Source: Patellaria atrata CBS 101060 (Eukaryota). From it: a DNA stretch of 64,000 nucleotides. A program made the translations under genes and the position numbers. The stretch spans positions 5,331-69,330 of the forward strand of contig MU006122.1 of assembly GCA_010093705.1 (NCBI GenBank), given 5' to 3'. Shown piece after piece: positions 14,598 through 26,679 of the stretch (position 1 is its first letter; each line of letters begins with the position of its first letter). Below the pieces are notes generated by a model. That model did no database searches and was not told the origin of the DNA. It saw only the letters and a program-made list of their open reading frames with translations.

Positions 14598-17500
14598 TAT
14601 AAGGTGGTAATAATATATAAAATAAAGAAAAATATAAATTAAAGTGTTTAATCTAAAGGAGACTAAAGAAGGATAGTATATATATTTAATTAAGTGTTTA
14701 GTTAGATATAATACACTTCTCTTAGTTTTAAGGAATTTTAAAGCTAATTATTATATATAAGATAAGATAGCTAATTACTCCTTAAACTATTATTTATCCT
14801 AATATTATATATAATCTATTATATACTTAGTCTTATTAAAATCTTAAAAACCCTATAAGAGAAAAATAGAATAAAAGAGTACTAGTATAAATCTAGAACT
14901 ATATTTCTAAAATAGAGTATAATAGTATAAATTAGCTATAAAATAGAAATATTTTAGTTAAGTTTACTATTCTCCTTTTTAAGAGTATAGAGTATTAAGT
15001 ATAAGGTATAAATAAGTATAAGATATAAAGTATAAAATATCTTTTAATTATATAATATATAGGTCTAAATACTCTTTTATTATATATTAAGAAATAGTTA
15101 TAACTCTAAGGTTTAGGTAGCTAATCTAAGTGATTTAAATCTATATAAAGATTTTATTACTCTTTAAAAATCGAGTCTTTTTAAAGATCGAGAAATCTTT
15201 TTAGAACTTAAATATATCGTTTATAAGTATCTCTACCGGTTATTTATTATTAGTTTATTCTAGACTCCTAAAATATATATTTATTAATAAGAAGAGAACT
15301 TAATAGAAATTATAATTTATAAAAGGGACTTATAATCTTATATCTTTTACACGTGATTTTATAAAAAGAACTTAATAGCTTTATATCTTTTAAATTTAAT
15401 ACTTATATCTTATTAGGACTTATAGCTTTTAAGATATTATTTATAAATTTTAAATAGGAAACTCTTTAAGATTAAAAAGGTTAATTTAAGTAATAAAGTA
15501 TTATTTAAATAATATTTTAATTAGATTATTAATAGATTAAATCTTTATAATAATATATATTATATTAATATTCTCTTCTTATACTTTTTAACGTAGTTAG
15601 TAATAGTGTATATTTATATAACGAAGAGTTATTTTAAGCTTAAGTACTTTAGTAATAAATAGTCTAATTATCTATTAATTATTATAGAATAAGAGCTATT
15701 TATTATCTAAATAAAAGTTTAGAGATTTAAAGATTCTCTACTACTAGATAAATTCTATATCTATAATAGATATAGCTATAAATTTAACCTTAATAGTTAA
15801 TTTTATAATATAGCGTTAGAGTATTACCTTTTAGTTAATTAGACCTTTAAAAAGAAAGAAAATATAACTTTATAAGCTCTTTTAAATCGCTTAATAATCT
15901 ATATAAAAGATATTAATTATATTAAAGAAATCGGGTTCTTTATAGTCCTAAATAAAGGTTATATCTACTATAATTAAGGTATTATAAACGAGTGATTTTA
16001 ATTTTATATAATAGAGGTAGGCTAAAGTTTAATATATAGCGTTAATATAAGTTATTATAGAATTAATTAAGAACTTAGTAAGTTTAAAGTATACTTTTAA
16101 GATATTTAATCTTATTACTCTAGCTATATAGCTAATTAATTCGACTAATTAAGCGTAATATAGATAGTTACTTTCGTTTTTAATTTTATTAGACGGAAGG
16201 AGCTCCTCTACCTATAATAGTATTTAAGATAATTTTATAAATACTTTTAAAGATAGATATTTATAATAAATCTTATCGATATAATCTTTTTAATTTAACT
16301 AGATAGAGCTATTATCTTTATCTTTATATATAGTTATATTATAAAAAGTCTTAAGATCTTCTAATAAGTAAATCTTATAATATTAAAAAAGCTTCCTCTT
16401 AAATAAATTAAAATAAATAAAATAGCCTAATTTTACTAAAACTATAATATTATCTATATAAAAGAAGATAATAAGCTTATTATTTATCTAAAAGTAAGAA
16501 GTATTAAGGATTAATTTAAGACTAAATTTATTTAGGGTCTATATAAGATTTTTATATTAAAGGATTAATAAAGTCTTAAGACTATAAAGTGTATAATATA
16601 GTTTCTAAAGATATTACTTATTATTAAATTCTTTAGGTGGATAGTAATAGATAATTATATTAAGATTTATATTTATAAACGTATTAACTATATTATACTA
16701 CTTAATATCGAGATTAAAGTAGGCGGTAATAGCTATAAAAGAGCGGAATATCTTAATCGCTAAAGTAATAGTATAAATATCTTTAATAGTAATTTAAAGA
16801 TCTTCTCGTATATAAATTCGAGCTTTATACTTAAGAAGATAACCTTTATTATTAAATTTATACTTAAATATCTATAGTAATAGTAAAATCTTATATTTAA
16901 TAAAATTAAAATCTTTCTATAAAATTTCTTTATAAGTATCTTTTCTTTTAATAGTTTAAAGTTCCTAAAAAGTAGCTATAATAAATCCTTACTTATATAA
17001 TTCTATTATTACTTAAATATTTAACTAGTATTAAGGTTTAGATAGAAGTTAAGAACGGTGAAAATAATACTTATTATTATTAATTAAAGATACTATAAAG
17101 ATAAACTAATAATAGCTAATTATATAAGATTATTTTTAAGATTTAGTTCTAATTCTCTTTAATCCTTTAGGAAGAATATTTAATATACGAAATTAAGTAT
17201 TAATAGTATCTCTATTTATAGTAGTATTAGAGCGTTTTCTTTTACTAGATAATTAAGAAGATCGAATAAGTTATTTTAATAAAATATCTTCTATAATTAT
17301 TTAAGAACTAGTTATATTACTTATATCTAAAATACTAGATAATAACGGTTAAGATAAATTATCTAATCTAAAAATAAGATAATTATTATAATAAATAAAA
17401 GTTATTATAAAATCTTTATTTTATATTATTTAATAAAACTTTTACTATTCCTTATATTTTAGAGATAAAGTAAAATTAGTAATATCTTTATTTTTAAAAG

Positions 17501-20354
17501 AGCTTTTAACTTTAAGTTCTAGTATCTTAATATTATAAATTATCTTCTTAAATAACTAATTTTAAAGTAAATTATTAGGCTAATCTCTATAAAAAGAATC
17601 TTCTTTAAAGAATATATTATAAAAGCGAATTATCTTCCTTTAATAACTTTTACTTAAGACTTTAGGAATCTAAATATAGAAAATATTTATTAAATTATAT
17701 TTAACTAGATAGTTAATATAAGCTTAAAATAAAAGCTTAATAAATCTTAATATTATATTCCTTAAAGGAAATACTTTATATTTAAATATATAAAGATATA
17801 CTAGTAAGGGTTTCTTATTATATACTTTCTTAAATAAAGTATCCTATTATAGTGATTTATTTAAAGTTTAATTAAGTAGATAATTAGCTATAATATAAAC
17901 CTTTAAAATGAGATAAATAGATAATTTTATAGTAACTATTATTAATTTTAAGCGTTTAATAAAAGTTTTATTAGATCTTTTTATAAGACTATTCTATTTT
18001 AATATATATAGCGCGTAGACTTAAATCTAAATCCTTTCTTTATAGTAGTAAACGATTATTAAGTCCTTTATTATAAAGCTATATCCTCTCTCTTTATCTA
18101 TAAGGAGAAAAGTGTATATAATATTAAATTCTCGCTTAAGTCTATAATTTAGGACTTTAAGTACCTTTAAAAGAGTTTTCTTCTCTCGATTAGAAATTAA
18201 AAAGATAAAGTTAAACTTAATAATAAAATAGTAACTATAAAAGATATATTTATATCTATTATATTCTATTATATCTAACTTAATAATATTAATAACAATT
18301 AATTTAAATAGTCTTATAACACTATATTCTCTTCTAAGTCGTCTTAAAATAATATAATAAACTTTATTAACTAAGTATTATTTATAATAGAACTTTATTA
18401 ATATTTCTCTAATAATTTTAGCGATACTAATAACTTTAAAATTAAGATAATTAATTACTTCTTTACTAGAATACTTTATAAGAAGATAAGCTTTAATAGT
18501 AGTAAATTAACGTAATTTATAGAAGTTTATAGAGAAACGATATTAATTAAAGGAAGTAAATATTTAGAATAGTTTATAAGATTTCGTAGAAAATGAAAGT
18601 GTTTTAGTTCTATATAAAATAAGCTAATAACCTCTAATCTAAGTTAATAAAGTAATAATTTCTTTAATTAAGCCTTTTTTATAGAGAGTATTATTTCTAG
18701 AGTCGAAATAGATCCTAATAAAGTTAAGTTAATATAATAAGATTAATAAGATAAAGAATAATAGTACTAAAGCGATATATTTAAGAGTAGTCTTTTTAAT
18801 TCTATTAAAAGTTAAGAATAGAATAATTATCTCTTTTTATACTTATATCTATATTTCTTATCCTCTAACTAATATTACGTTATTATTAGCTACTAGTGCT
18901 TTCTAGTGGAATTCTATAGGATTATTATAGATATAGACGTTTAAAATAGGGTTAAAAGTTTAAGAATAAAGTAATAGATATTATTAAGTAAAGTTTTAGT
19001 TAAAATTCGACGAATAGATAGTAAAGAATCTATTATATAAAAAAGGATAAAAGTTTAAATTAACTTTTAATAAGTCTAAATTATATATTTTATATTAGAT
19101 AGTTCTAGATTTCTTATTATATTCTTTATTTTTAGCTTATATTTTATTAAGGATTCCTTTCTTATCTTTAGCTTTAAACTTAATAACTTTCTTAACTTTT
19201 TTAGAGTTTTTAATAAATTCTCTTTCTTTAACACTCGGGTTAATATAAGGATATTTACTTTAGATATTATTATAACTATCTTTATCTCTAACTAAATAAG
19301 GCTTAGTTAATTTCTTTTCCCTAAACTTTCTTTTTCTATTATATAGAGAATCCTCTCTATTAAAAGTTATAAAGATATCTCTATAAATATTAACTTTCTT
19401 TATATATATAGCTCGATAGTATTAGAGAAACTTATTAATAAGATAATTAATTATATATTTAAGATTAATCTAAGTAGTAATATTCTAATAATAAATCTTA
19501 ATAAAGATTTCTTAAGCTTTAAAGATTCTAATTCTTATAAGAGTAATCTAAATAGATTTAAGATATTTAAAAGCTTTTATAAAATCTTTTTAAATATAGT
19601 ATCTAGAGATATTTAGTAAGTCTAAGCTTTTTATCTTAATATATATATTTATAAAGTGATAGTATTAATCTTTAATATTATAATAATATAAATTAAAGAG
19701 TTTCTCTTTATTATACTATTATATAATAAGGTTCTTTTAATTTACTTAAATAAGAGTAAATCGGTTATAAAAGTATTTAAGAAGTTTATAAACTAATATA
19801 ATAATTTTAAGGATAGATAGAAAGGCCCTATTCACTATTTTAATAATATATACTTTAATAAGACTAAGTTTCTTTTATTTATATTTAAATTATTTAAGAA
19901 AATATTTATATTAATTAAATATATCTAAGAATAATTCTTCTTTAATAATAAATATTCTATTCTTAGTATATTTAATAGATATAATTAATTCTTATAATAG
20001 TTTATAAGTCTTTTTTAGGTTAATAAGATTCTAAAAGCTATAAGACTTAATTATACTTTTAATTATAAAGATTTAGGGAAGCTAGTTATTTATATTATAA
20101 AAAGTAACTTCTTCTAAAATTATCTTAAAATAAGTAGGTATAGTGGAAATAGAAGATAGTAAGTAAGTTAAAGATAATTAATAAATAATTAAATAAGAAA
20201 TAATTTTAGTAAAATATAAATTATATTAAGCTTATAACTATAAGATAGTAATAATATATAAAATAAAGAAAAATATAGATTAAAGTATCTAATCTAGAGA
20301 AGATTAAAGAAGAATAATATATATATCTAATTAAGTGCTTAATTAAATATAATA
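14598..20354 (-). mobile_element. RIP-inactivated Ty1/Copia LTR retrotransposon, apparently full length (~5.76 kb), LTRs ~116 bp, TSD TTTAT
   Basis: Direct repeats at 14598-14713 and 20239-20354. TTTAT occurs at 14593-14597 and 20355-20359. Minus strand shows RT LIIFFYIDNIIV (=YVDD) at ~16441-16475 and RNase H LRYINIHYY*LR*KV* (=LRHVDIHHHWLRQEVQ) at ~15580-15630. A PBS-like RIPed GGTTATGAGCCC lies at ~20228-20239 and a purine tract at 14714-14723. Confidence 0.88.
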
Positions 20355-20403
20355 TTTATACTCTAATCCTTTAACTCTAATTCTATACTAGATATTCTAA
20401 TAC

Positions 20404-20425
20404 TATATATATATATATATATATA
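20404..20425. repeat. (TA)n microsatellite
   Basis: About 11 perfect TA units, ~50 bp from the Copia junction. Confidence 0.85.
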
Positions 20426-22789
20426 CGTTTCTATACGCCTAATATTATTAGTTATTTAAACGTTATTAAAGTGTCTTCTTCTTTAGCTAGTTTCTTATTA
20501 TTAAGAATAACGTTAATAGCCTACTTACTCTTATTTAATAGAGTAGCGGCGTTTTTTTAATCTCTTCCTCTTCTAACGATAAGACTAGTGATAATAGTAT
20601 TAAATATATAACTTTAAGTTATATATATTAGTTATATCGCGAGGGTAGTTATATCTTCTATAGATAATCTTTCTTAAAATATCTTACTTCTTTATATTAT
20701 AGATATATTTTATTCGTAAAGCGTTTCTTTTCTTTTTAAGTGAATTATTATTATTTCTTTAACTTCTCTTATTTTATCTATTATAGTTAATCGAGGTTTA
20801 TTAAATCTTCTTAATCTTATTTATTTATAGCCTTTATTACTTTCTTTTTATATTTAACTATAATATTCTTCTATTCTCTCTTTTTCTATTTACGTTTATA
20901 TAATCTATTATCTATTTTAACTACTAAAGTTATTATATCCTATATAATTATTAGTCTTTTATAATAAATCCACTCGTCTTTCACTTCTTTCTTTAAGCCT
21001 TAATAAAAAGCGATTATTAGTAGTTTATTAGGCTAACTTAATATTAATATTATTTATTAGAATATAATTATATATTTTAAAGTTAACTCTTTTTATTAAA
21101 GTTCTTAAAGCTTTCTTTTAACTATTTATTATTCGTTAACTTCTCTAAAAATATTCTTAAATATTTCTTTAAACTTTAGAAATAATTTAAAAATCTTAAT
21201 TATTTTATCTTTTTAATATTCTTCACTATTCTTAAGATAGTCTTATATAATAGATTTAAATTATTCTAAAACGTCTTCCTTAAAGTATATTAATATATCG
21301 AGTATATATTTACTATCGTCTATTAATCTTATTCTTTTATAATAGATTCTTATTTAAGTTAAGAATTCTTTTAACTCGTCTCGTTTTCTATTATATAATA
21401 TAGGTTCTTTAACTTTCACGGTCTATTTTTATAGTAATAATAACTATATAGTAAGTTATTTAAGCTAGTTTTTAAGTTCTTAAATTATCTCTTTATTTTC
21501 GAGTTTATTAATATATTTATATAACGCTTAAATAAATTTTTTATTCGTCTTTATATTAACTATAGCTAATAATATCGTATCTAGATCTATTATACACTTT
21601 CCTATTATATAATAGTTATAATATTATAACGGGAGTCTATACTTATTAAGATAGAATTAAATAAGTCTAGAAACACGTTTAGCTTTTTACTTAATATAGT
21701 TAATTATAAGAGTAGGTTTAATAAAGTGATAGGATATATATAATAAAGATATTTTAAATTAATAATATAATTTACTAACTTCTTAACTTCGAGTAAGGCT
21801 TATAATAAGATAAGATATATTATATAAAAATAATATAATAAATGAAATTAAGTTTAAAATTATAATATTTAAATTTATAGATAAGATTAATAGTAAGAAT
21901 AATTATAAAAAATCTAAATATATAAAGAAAAGACTATTCTTAAATATTTTTATTCTTTATAGTTAATTTAATTATTTATACTTTAATCGTTTTAATTATT
22001 AATTGTTTATAGCGATTAACGCGACCGGCGATTATTATCTAATTATTTTAATTATTAGTCGTTTATAACGATTAACGTAACCGATAACTATTATCTAATT
22101 ATATAATTCTTTATTACTCGTTTTATCTATAGTTTTCTCGAGTAATATTTCTTTCTTTCTCTTACTTATTATCTATATATTCTTATAATTTATAGCTATA
22201 ATAAAAATATTACTTAAAGAAACTATAAGTAAAATAAGTAATAGAGAATTATATAATCTAAATAATAATTATTAATTATATTAATTATTATAAATAACTA
22301 ATAATTAGAACGATTAAAATATAAATAACTAAATTAATTATAAAGAATAAAAATATTTAAAAATAATCTTTTTCTTATATATTTAAATTCTTTATAATTA
22401 TTTTTACTATTAATCTTATCTATAAATTTAAATATTATAGTTTTAAACTTAACTTTATTTATTATATTATTTCTATATAATATATCTTATTTTATTATAA
22501 ATATTATTTAAAGTTAAAAAATTTATAAATTATTTTATTAATTTAAAATATCTTTATTATATATATTTTATTATTTTATTAAATCTATTTTAATAATTAA
22601 TTATATTAAATAAAAAATTAAATTTATTTTTAAATTTATTTTATTTTATTTTATTTGAATAAATATAAACTTTTATTATAATATTTTATAATAATTTTTC
22701 TTTATAAATATATTAAAAGAAAATATTATTAAAAATTAATAAAAAACTCTTTTTATTAATATAAAAGATATATTAATATATTTATATTT

Positions 22790-23080
22790 TAATTATTTTA
22801 ATTATTAATTATTTTCTATAATTAATATAATTAATAATTAATATTTAATTATTTTAATTATTAATTATTTTCTATAATTAATATAATTAATATTTAATAT
22901 TTAATTATTTTAATTATTAATTATTCTTTATAATTAATATAATTAATAATTAATATTTTAATTAATATTTTAATTATATAATTTTTTATTATTTATTTTA
23001 TTTATAATTTTTTTTTAAATAATATTTCTTTTTTTCTTTTATTTATTATTTATATATTTTTATAATTTATAATTATAATA
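22790..23080 (-). mobile_element. Partial Gypsy LTR with expanded internal tandem repeat
   Basis: ~22990-23080 is the reverse complement of the LTR 5' end. 22790-22975 holds about 3-4 decayed ~56-bp units. Confidence 0.7.
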
Positions 23081-23809
23081 TTTTTATAAATAATAAAAAA
23101 TTAAATTATATATTTTATAATATAAATATTTTTAATAATTATAATTTATTTTTATTTATTTAATTAAATAAAATTAAATTTTATATATCTTTTTATATTT
23201 ATAATAATTTTTATTAATTTAATTATATTTATTTAAAAGTTAATTTTATTAAAATTATAAATATTATTATAAATATTATATTTAATTTTTATCTTTTTAA
23301 TAAATTTAAATTATATATTAATTATTTTAAAATTTTTTATTTTATTAAAAGTTATTTTTAATTTATTTAAATATATTATAAATTTTTTAAATTTTTTTTT
23401 ATTTATTTATTTTTTATTTTATATATTTAATAGTTTATTTATTATATTTATTATTTTATATAATTAATATATAAATTCTTATAAATTAAGATTAAAAATA
23501 TATTAAATAATTATTTATTTTTTAATTATAATAAATTTTTAATAATTAATTTAATAATTAATTTAAATAAAAATTTAATTATATTTTTATTAAAACTTTT
23601 ATAAATATATATTATATATAATAATAATATATTATAAACTTTAAAATTTATCTTTTTTATAAATTTAAAATATAAACTTTATTTAATTTTTTTATTAAAC
23701 TTTATTATTTTATTATTAATAAAATATTTTATATTATAATAAAAATAATAATTATTAAAAAATTCTATAAAATTTAATAATATATAATACTCGATAATAT
23801 TTTCTATTA

Positions 23810-24070
23810 TATAATTAAATAATTATTAAATTAAATTATAAAAAATAAAAATATTTAAAAATAATTTTTTTTATATATTTAAATTATTTATAATTATTTT
23901 TATTATTAATTTTATTTATTAATTTAAATATTATAAATTTAATTTTAATTTAAATATTATATTATTTTTATTTAATATATTTTATTTTATTATAAATATT
24001 ATTTAAAATTAAAAAATTAAGAAATTATATTATTAATTTAAAATATTTTTATTATATATATTTTATTTTT
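23810..24070 (+). mobile_element. Highly decayed Gypsy LTR fragment
   Basis: Colinear with 5070-5330 but almost devoid of G/C. Confidence 0.65.
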
Positions 24071-25190
24071 TTTATTTTTTTATTTTATTTTATTTTTATT
24101 TTTATAAATTATTTTTATAATAATATTTTTATAATAATTTAAATAAATATATTTTTTTATTTTTTAAATAATTTTAATAATAAAAATAAAAATAATTTTT
24201 TAAATTTATAAAAATAATATTTTTATTATAATATAATTAAAAAATAATTATTTAATATTTATATTTATAATAAATAATAAAGATTAAAAGAAATTTAAAA
24301 AGATATAATATTAAAAAAAATAAAAATTTAAAATTTAAAATTTATTTTATTTAAAAAATTTTAAATTAATTTAATAAAAAATATAAATTTAATATATAAA
24401 TATTATAAACTTTTTAAATATATTTAATTAATTTATTATAATTTAATATATTTTTATTAAATTATAAATAATTAATTAATATTTAAAAGTTTTTTTTTAA
24501 ATTTTTTTTATATATTTAAATATTATATTTAATCTTTTCAAAATTTTTATAATATTATATAATTAATTAAATTATTTTATAATTATTATTATTTTAAATC
24601 TTTTTTAATTATTTAAATATTATATTTTATTATATTATTATATTAAATTTATTTTTATTTATATATTTTTTTTTAATTATTATTATTAATTATTTTTTTA
24701 ATTTAATAATATAAATATTTATAAATATATTTTTATATATTATTAATTTAAATTTTTTTATAAATTATATAAATTTAAATTAAATTATTATAAATAATTT
24801 AATAATAAAATTTTATATAAATTTTAATTATAATTTAAATTTAAATATATTTTAAAATAATTTAATATTATTTATATATTAATTAAAAAGAATATAATTT
24901 TTCTATTATAAAATATATTATAAAGTTATTAATAGTTAAATATATAGATTTTATATATTATTAAAAGTAATTAATATTTTAGTAATATCTCGCTAAATCT
25001 AGCTTAACGCTAATATTTAATCGGTCGATCTATATTAAAAGGGATCGGTTACTTTAATCGTCGGTCTATCTTGGTTGGTTGAGTGCGTTGAGACGTCCTT
25101 ATCACATCGATGTGTAATCGTAATAGTATTATGAAATATAACCTAGCTAGATTACTTCGAGGTCATAAAGAGCAAATGCGAGCCCACTGA

Positions 25191-26218
25191 TCAATCCCAA
25201 TCGCTGTCATCACTTGCTTGATCGATCTTGCTGTTCAATCCCTGGGAGGATTGCTCGACGTTTGAACAGGTCCTGAGAAGCTCATCACTACGTTGATCGC
25301 CATGTTGGTGTAGGCGAGGATCATTTGGCCCTAGAGCACCAACCTCTAAAAACAATTTCTCGATGTCTGGGGTGTTCATTTCGTCAGTATCGTTTGGAGC
25401 AGTGACATGGCATCCTCCACGTCAAGAGTATTATATTCATTGTCCAGGAATATATAATCAAGGAAATGAATGAAAAAGAGGTATATTACCTTGGTGATTA
25501 GTATGGACTCCACGAAGTTCGCGCAATGTTACCACTTGCTTTTTGATGTTCCCGTCTTTGTATACTAGGATAGTGGGCGTGTTTCGCTCAGGATAACCTT
25601 CTATGCACATATCGGCCTGCATTTGACAGAACTTGATGTCACCGAAGCGTCTGGCCAACACACTCCATGCTTCGACCAAAAGTGCGGTTTCGGGGTCTAT
25701 GCCGTGCGAGGAAGTGAGGAGTACCAGGACAAACGATTTTCGTGATGCCTCGGTTACATCTTTGGAGTAGTCTGGCTTTTGTAGATGGAAGACCTGGTTG
25801 TAGATAGCAGTCTGCGCTATATTCGACAATTCTTTAACTCGTCGTCTCCTGGATATACCTTCAGACATACCGTTCGAGGGTAGAATATAGAATCAAATGC
25901 TTACCTATACTGCTCAAGAAATGCTTCGTCTTCATCTTCTTCAAGTTCCGCAAGCTCATCAATATCTTTCCCTTCAAGTCTGTTCTCGTGCGCCAAGTTC
26001 CTTGCCTCCTCAAGTGCCTCTTGGATCATCGACGTGGGAGAAGGTGGCTTCTCAGGTATCACCCCATGCTTCCTCAAAATATCATTCCTGTAGCAGCGAA
26101 GCCCTCATCAGCTGCTGTTCCATATACCAAAATGACTTTAGATCTCACACACTTACCACTCCGTGTCAGCGTTTGGGTCATCCAAAGGAACGTTGACAGG
26201 GATATTAGCGGTATTCAT
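25191..26218 (-). CDS. PLP2: Phosducin-like protein 2 (thioredoxin fold, CCT co-chaperone), about 4 exons
   Basis: Manual splice gives MNTANIPVNVPLDDPNADTEW|NDILRKHGVIPEKPPSP...EDEDEAFLEQYR|...QKPDYSKDVTEAS...MCIEGYPERNTPTILVY. Confidence 0.9.
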
Positions 26219-26679
26219 AACTATTATCGGGGCGTAAGGTACACGGTTGATAATACGCCATATGCAGTTTCATATGCTATTTGAACACTCTTGGATAGAA
26301 TGGCACCCAACAGTGAAGTATCTTGTACTGTCTGTATACAAATAGGTTTACCGCCTTCTGCTTGGAGCGGCATAAAGTCGGCAGTAAACTTAGTAGACCA
26401 CAAGTAAATTCAGGCGGTGAGAGACCTGACACCACGACCAGCCAGATTGCCCAACCGCAAACCGCGTAGTTCATTTCTAGAATTTCTAAGTGTTGGGCAC
26501 AAATATCCTCGTCTTTTTCGTCCGCCAATGCTGCCGCCATAGTTCTAATTGTTGTTCCTGTCTAAGATAAACCCAATTTACATGTTGAATCAACGAACTT
26601 GGCTTAACTCCCATTAGTATCCCGGAATCACCAATTTGCACTATTCAACGGCAATCAAGGACGTTGTGTCCTTCTCACC

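Larger units (their letters stand above)
10617..22203 (-). mobile_element. Inner Gypsy element of the same family, LTRs ~10617-11255 (3') and ~21620-22203 (5'), interrupted by Copia
   Basis: Minus strand shows the protease motif ALVNNNTIDSFI (=ALVDSGATDSFI) at ~13614-13649 and RT IYLDNILVY at ~12573-12599. PPT lies at ~11256-11272. The gag-proximal region 21050-21607 matches 10058-10616. Confidence 0.88.
9518..22683 (+). mobile_element. Outer Gypsy element: 5' LTR 9518-~10045, gag start to 10616, 5'-truncated 3' LTR 22204-22683; TSD TTTTA
   Basis: Both LTRs match the 4803 LTR. TTTTA flanks both ends (9513-9517 and 22684-22688). The joined flanks match the uninterrupted inverted copy at ~8420-8670. 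Confidence 0.78.
1..25000. repeat. AT-rich RIP-degraded transposon block (heterochromatin-like)
   Basis: No ORF of 60 aa or more in 25 kb. CpA/TpG are nearly absent and TpA is abundant, while some CpG survives (e.g. 11000-11150). This matches repeat-induced point mutation. Composition shifts abruptly to normal at ~24990-25100. Confidence 0.95.

Noticed and set aside
1..20354. Alternative genetic code or stop read-through keeping the retroelement ORFs functional
   Set aside because: Stops fall where TGG/CAA/CAG codons would be RIPed, and catalytic Asp codons are mutated to Asn. The elements are dead.
22790..22975. CRISPR-like regularly spaced repeats
   Set aside because: These are head-to-tail LTR-internal tandem units with no unique spacers, in a eukaryotic context.
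1..25000. Mitochondrial or other organellar DNA (NUMT), or an AT-rich contaminant
   Set aside because: No rRNA, tRNA or respiratory genes were seen. Retrotransposon motifs are recoverable by reversing C>T/G>A changes, and the block is contiguous with nuclear genes.
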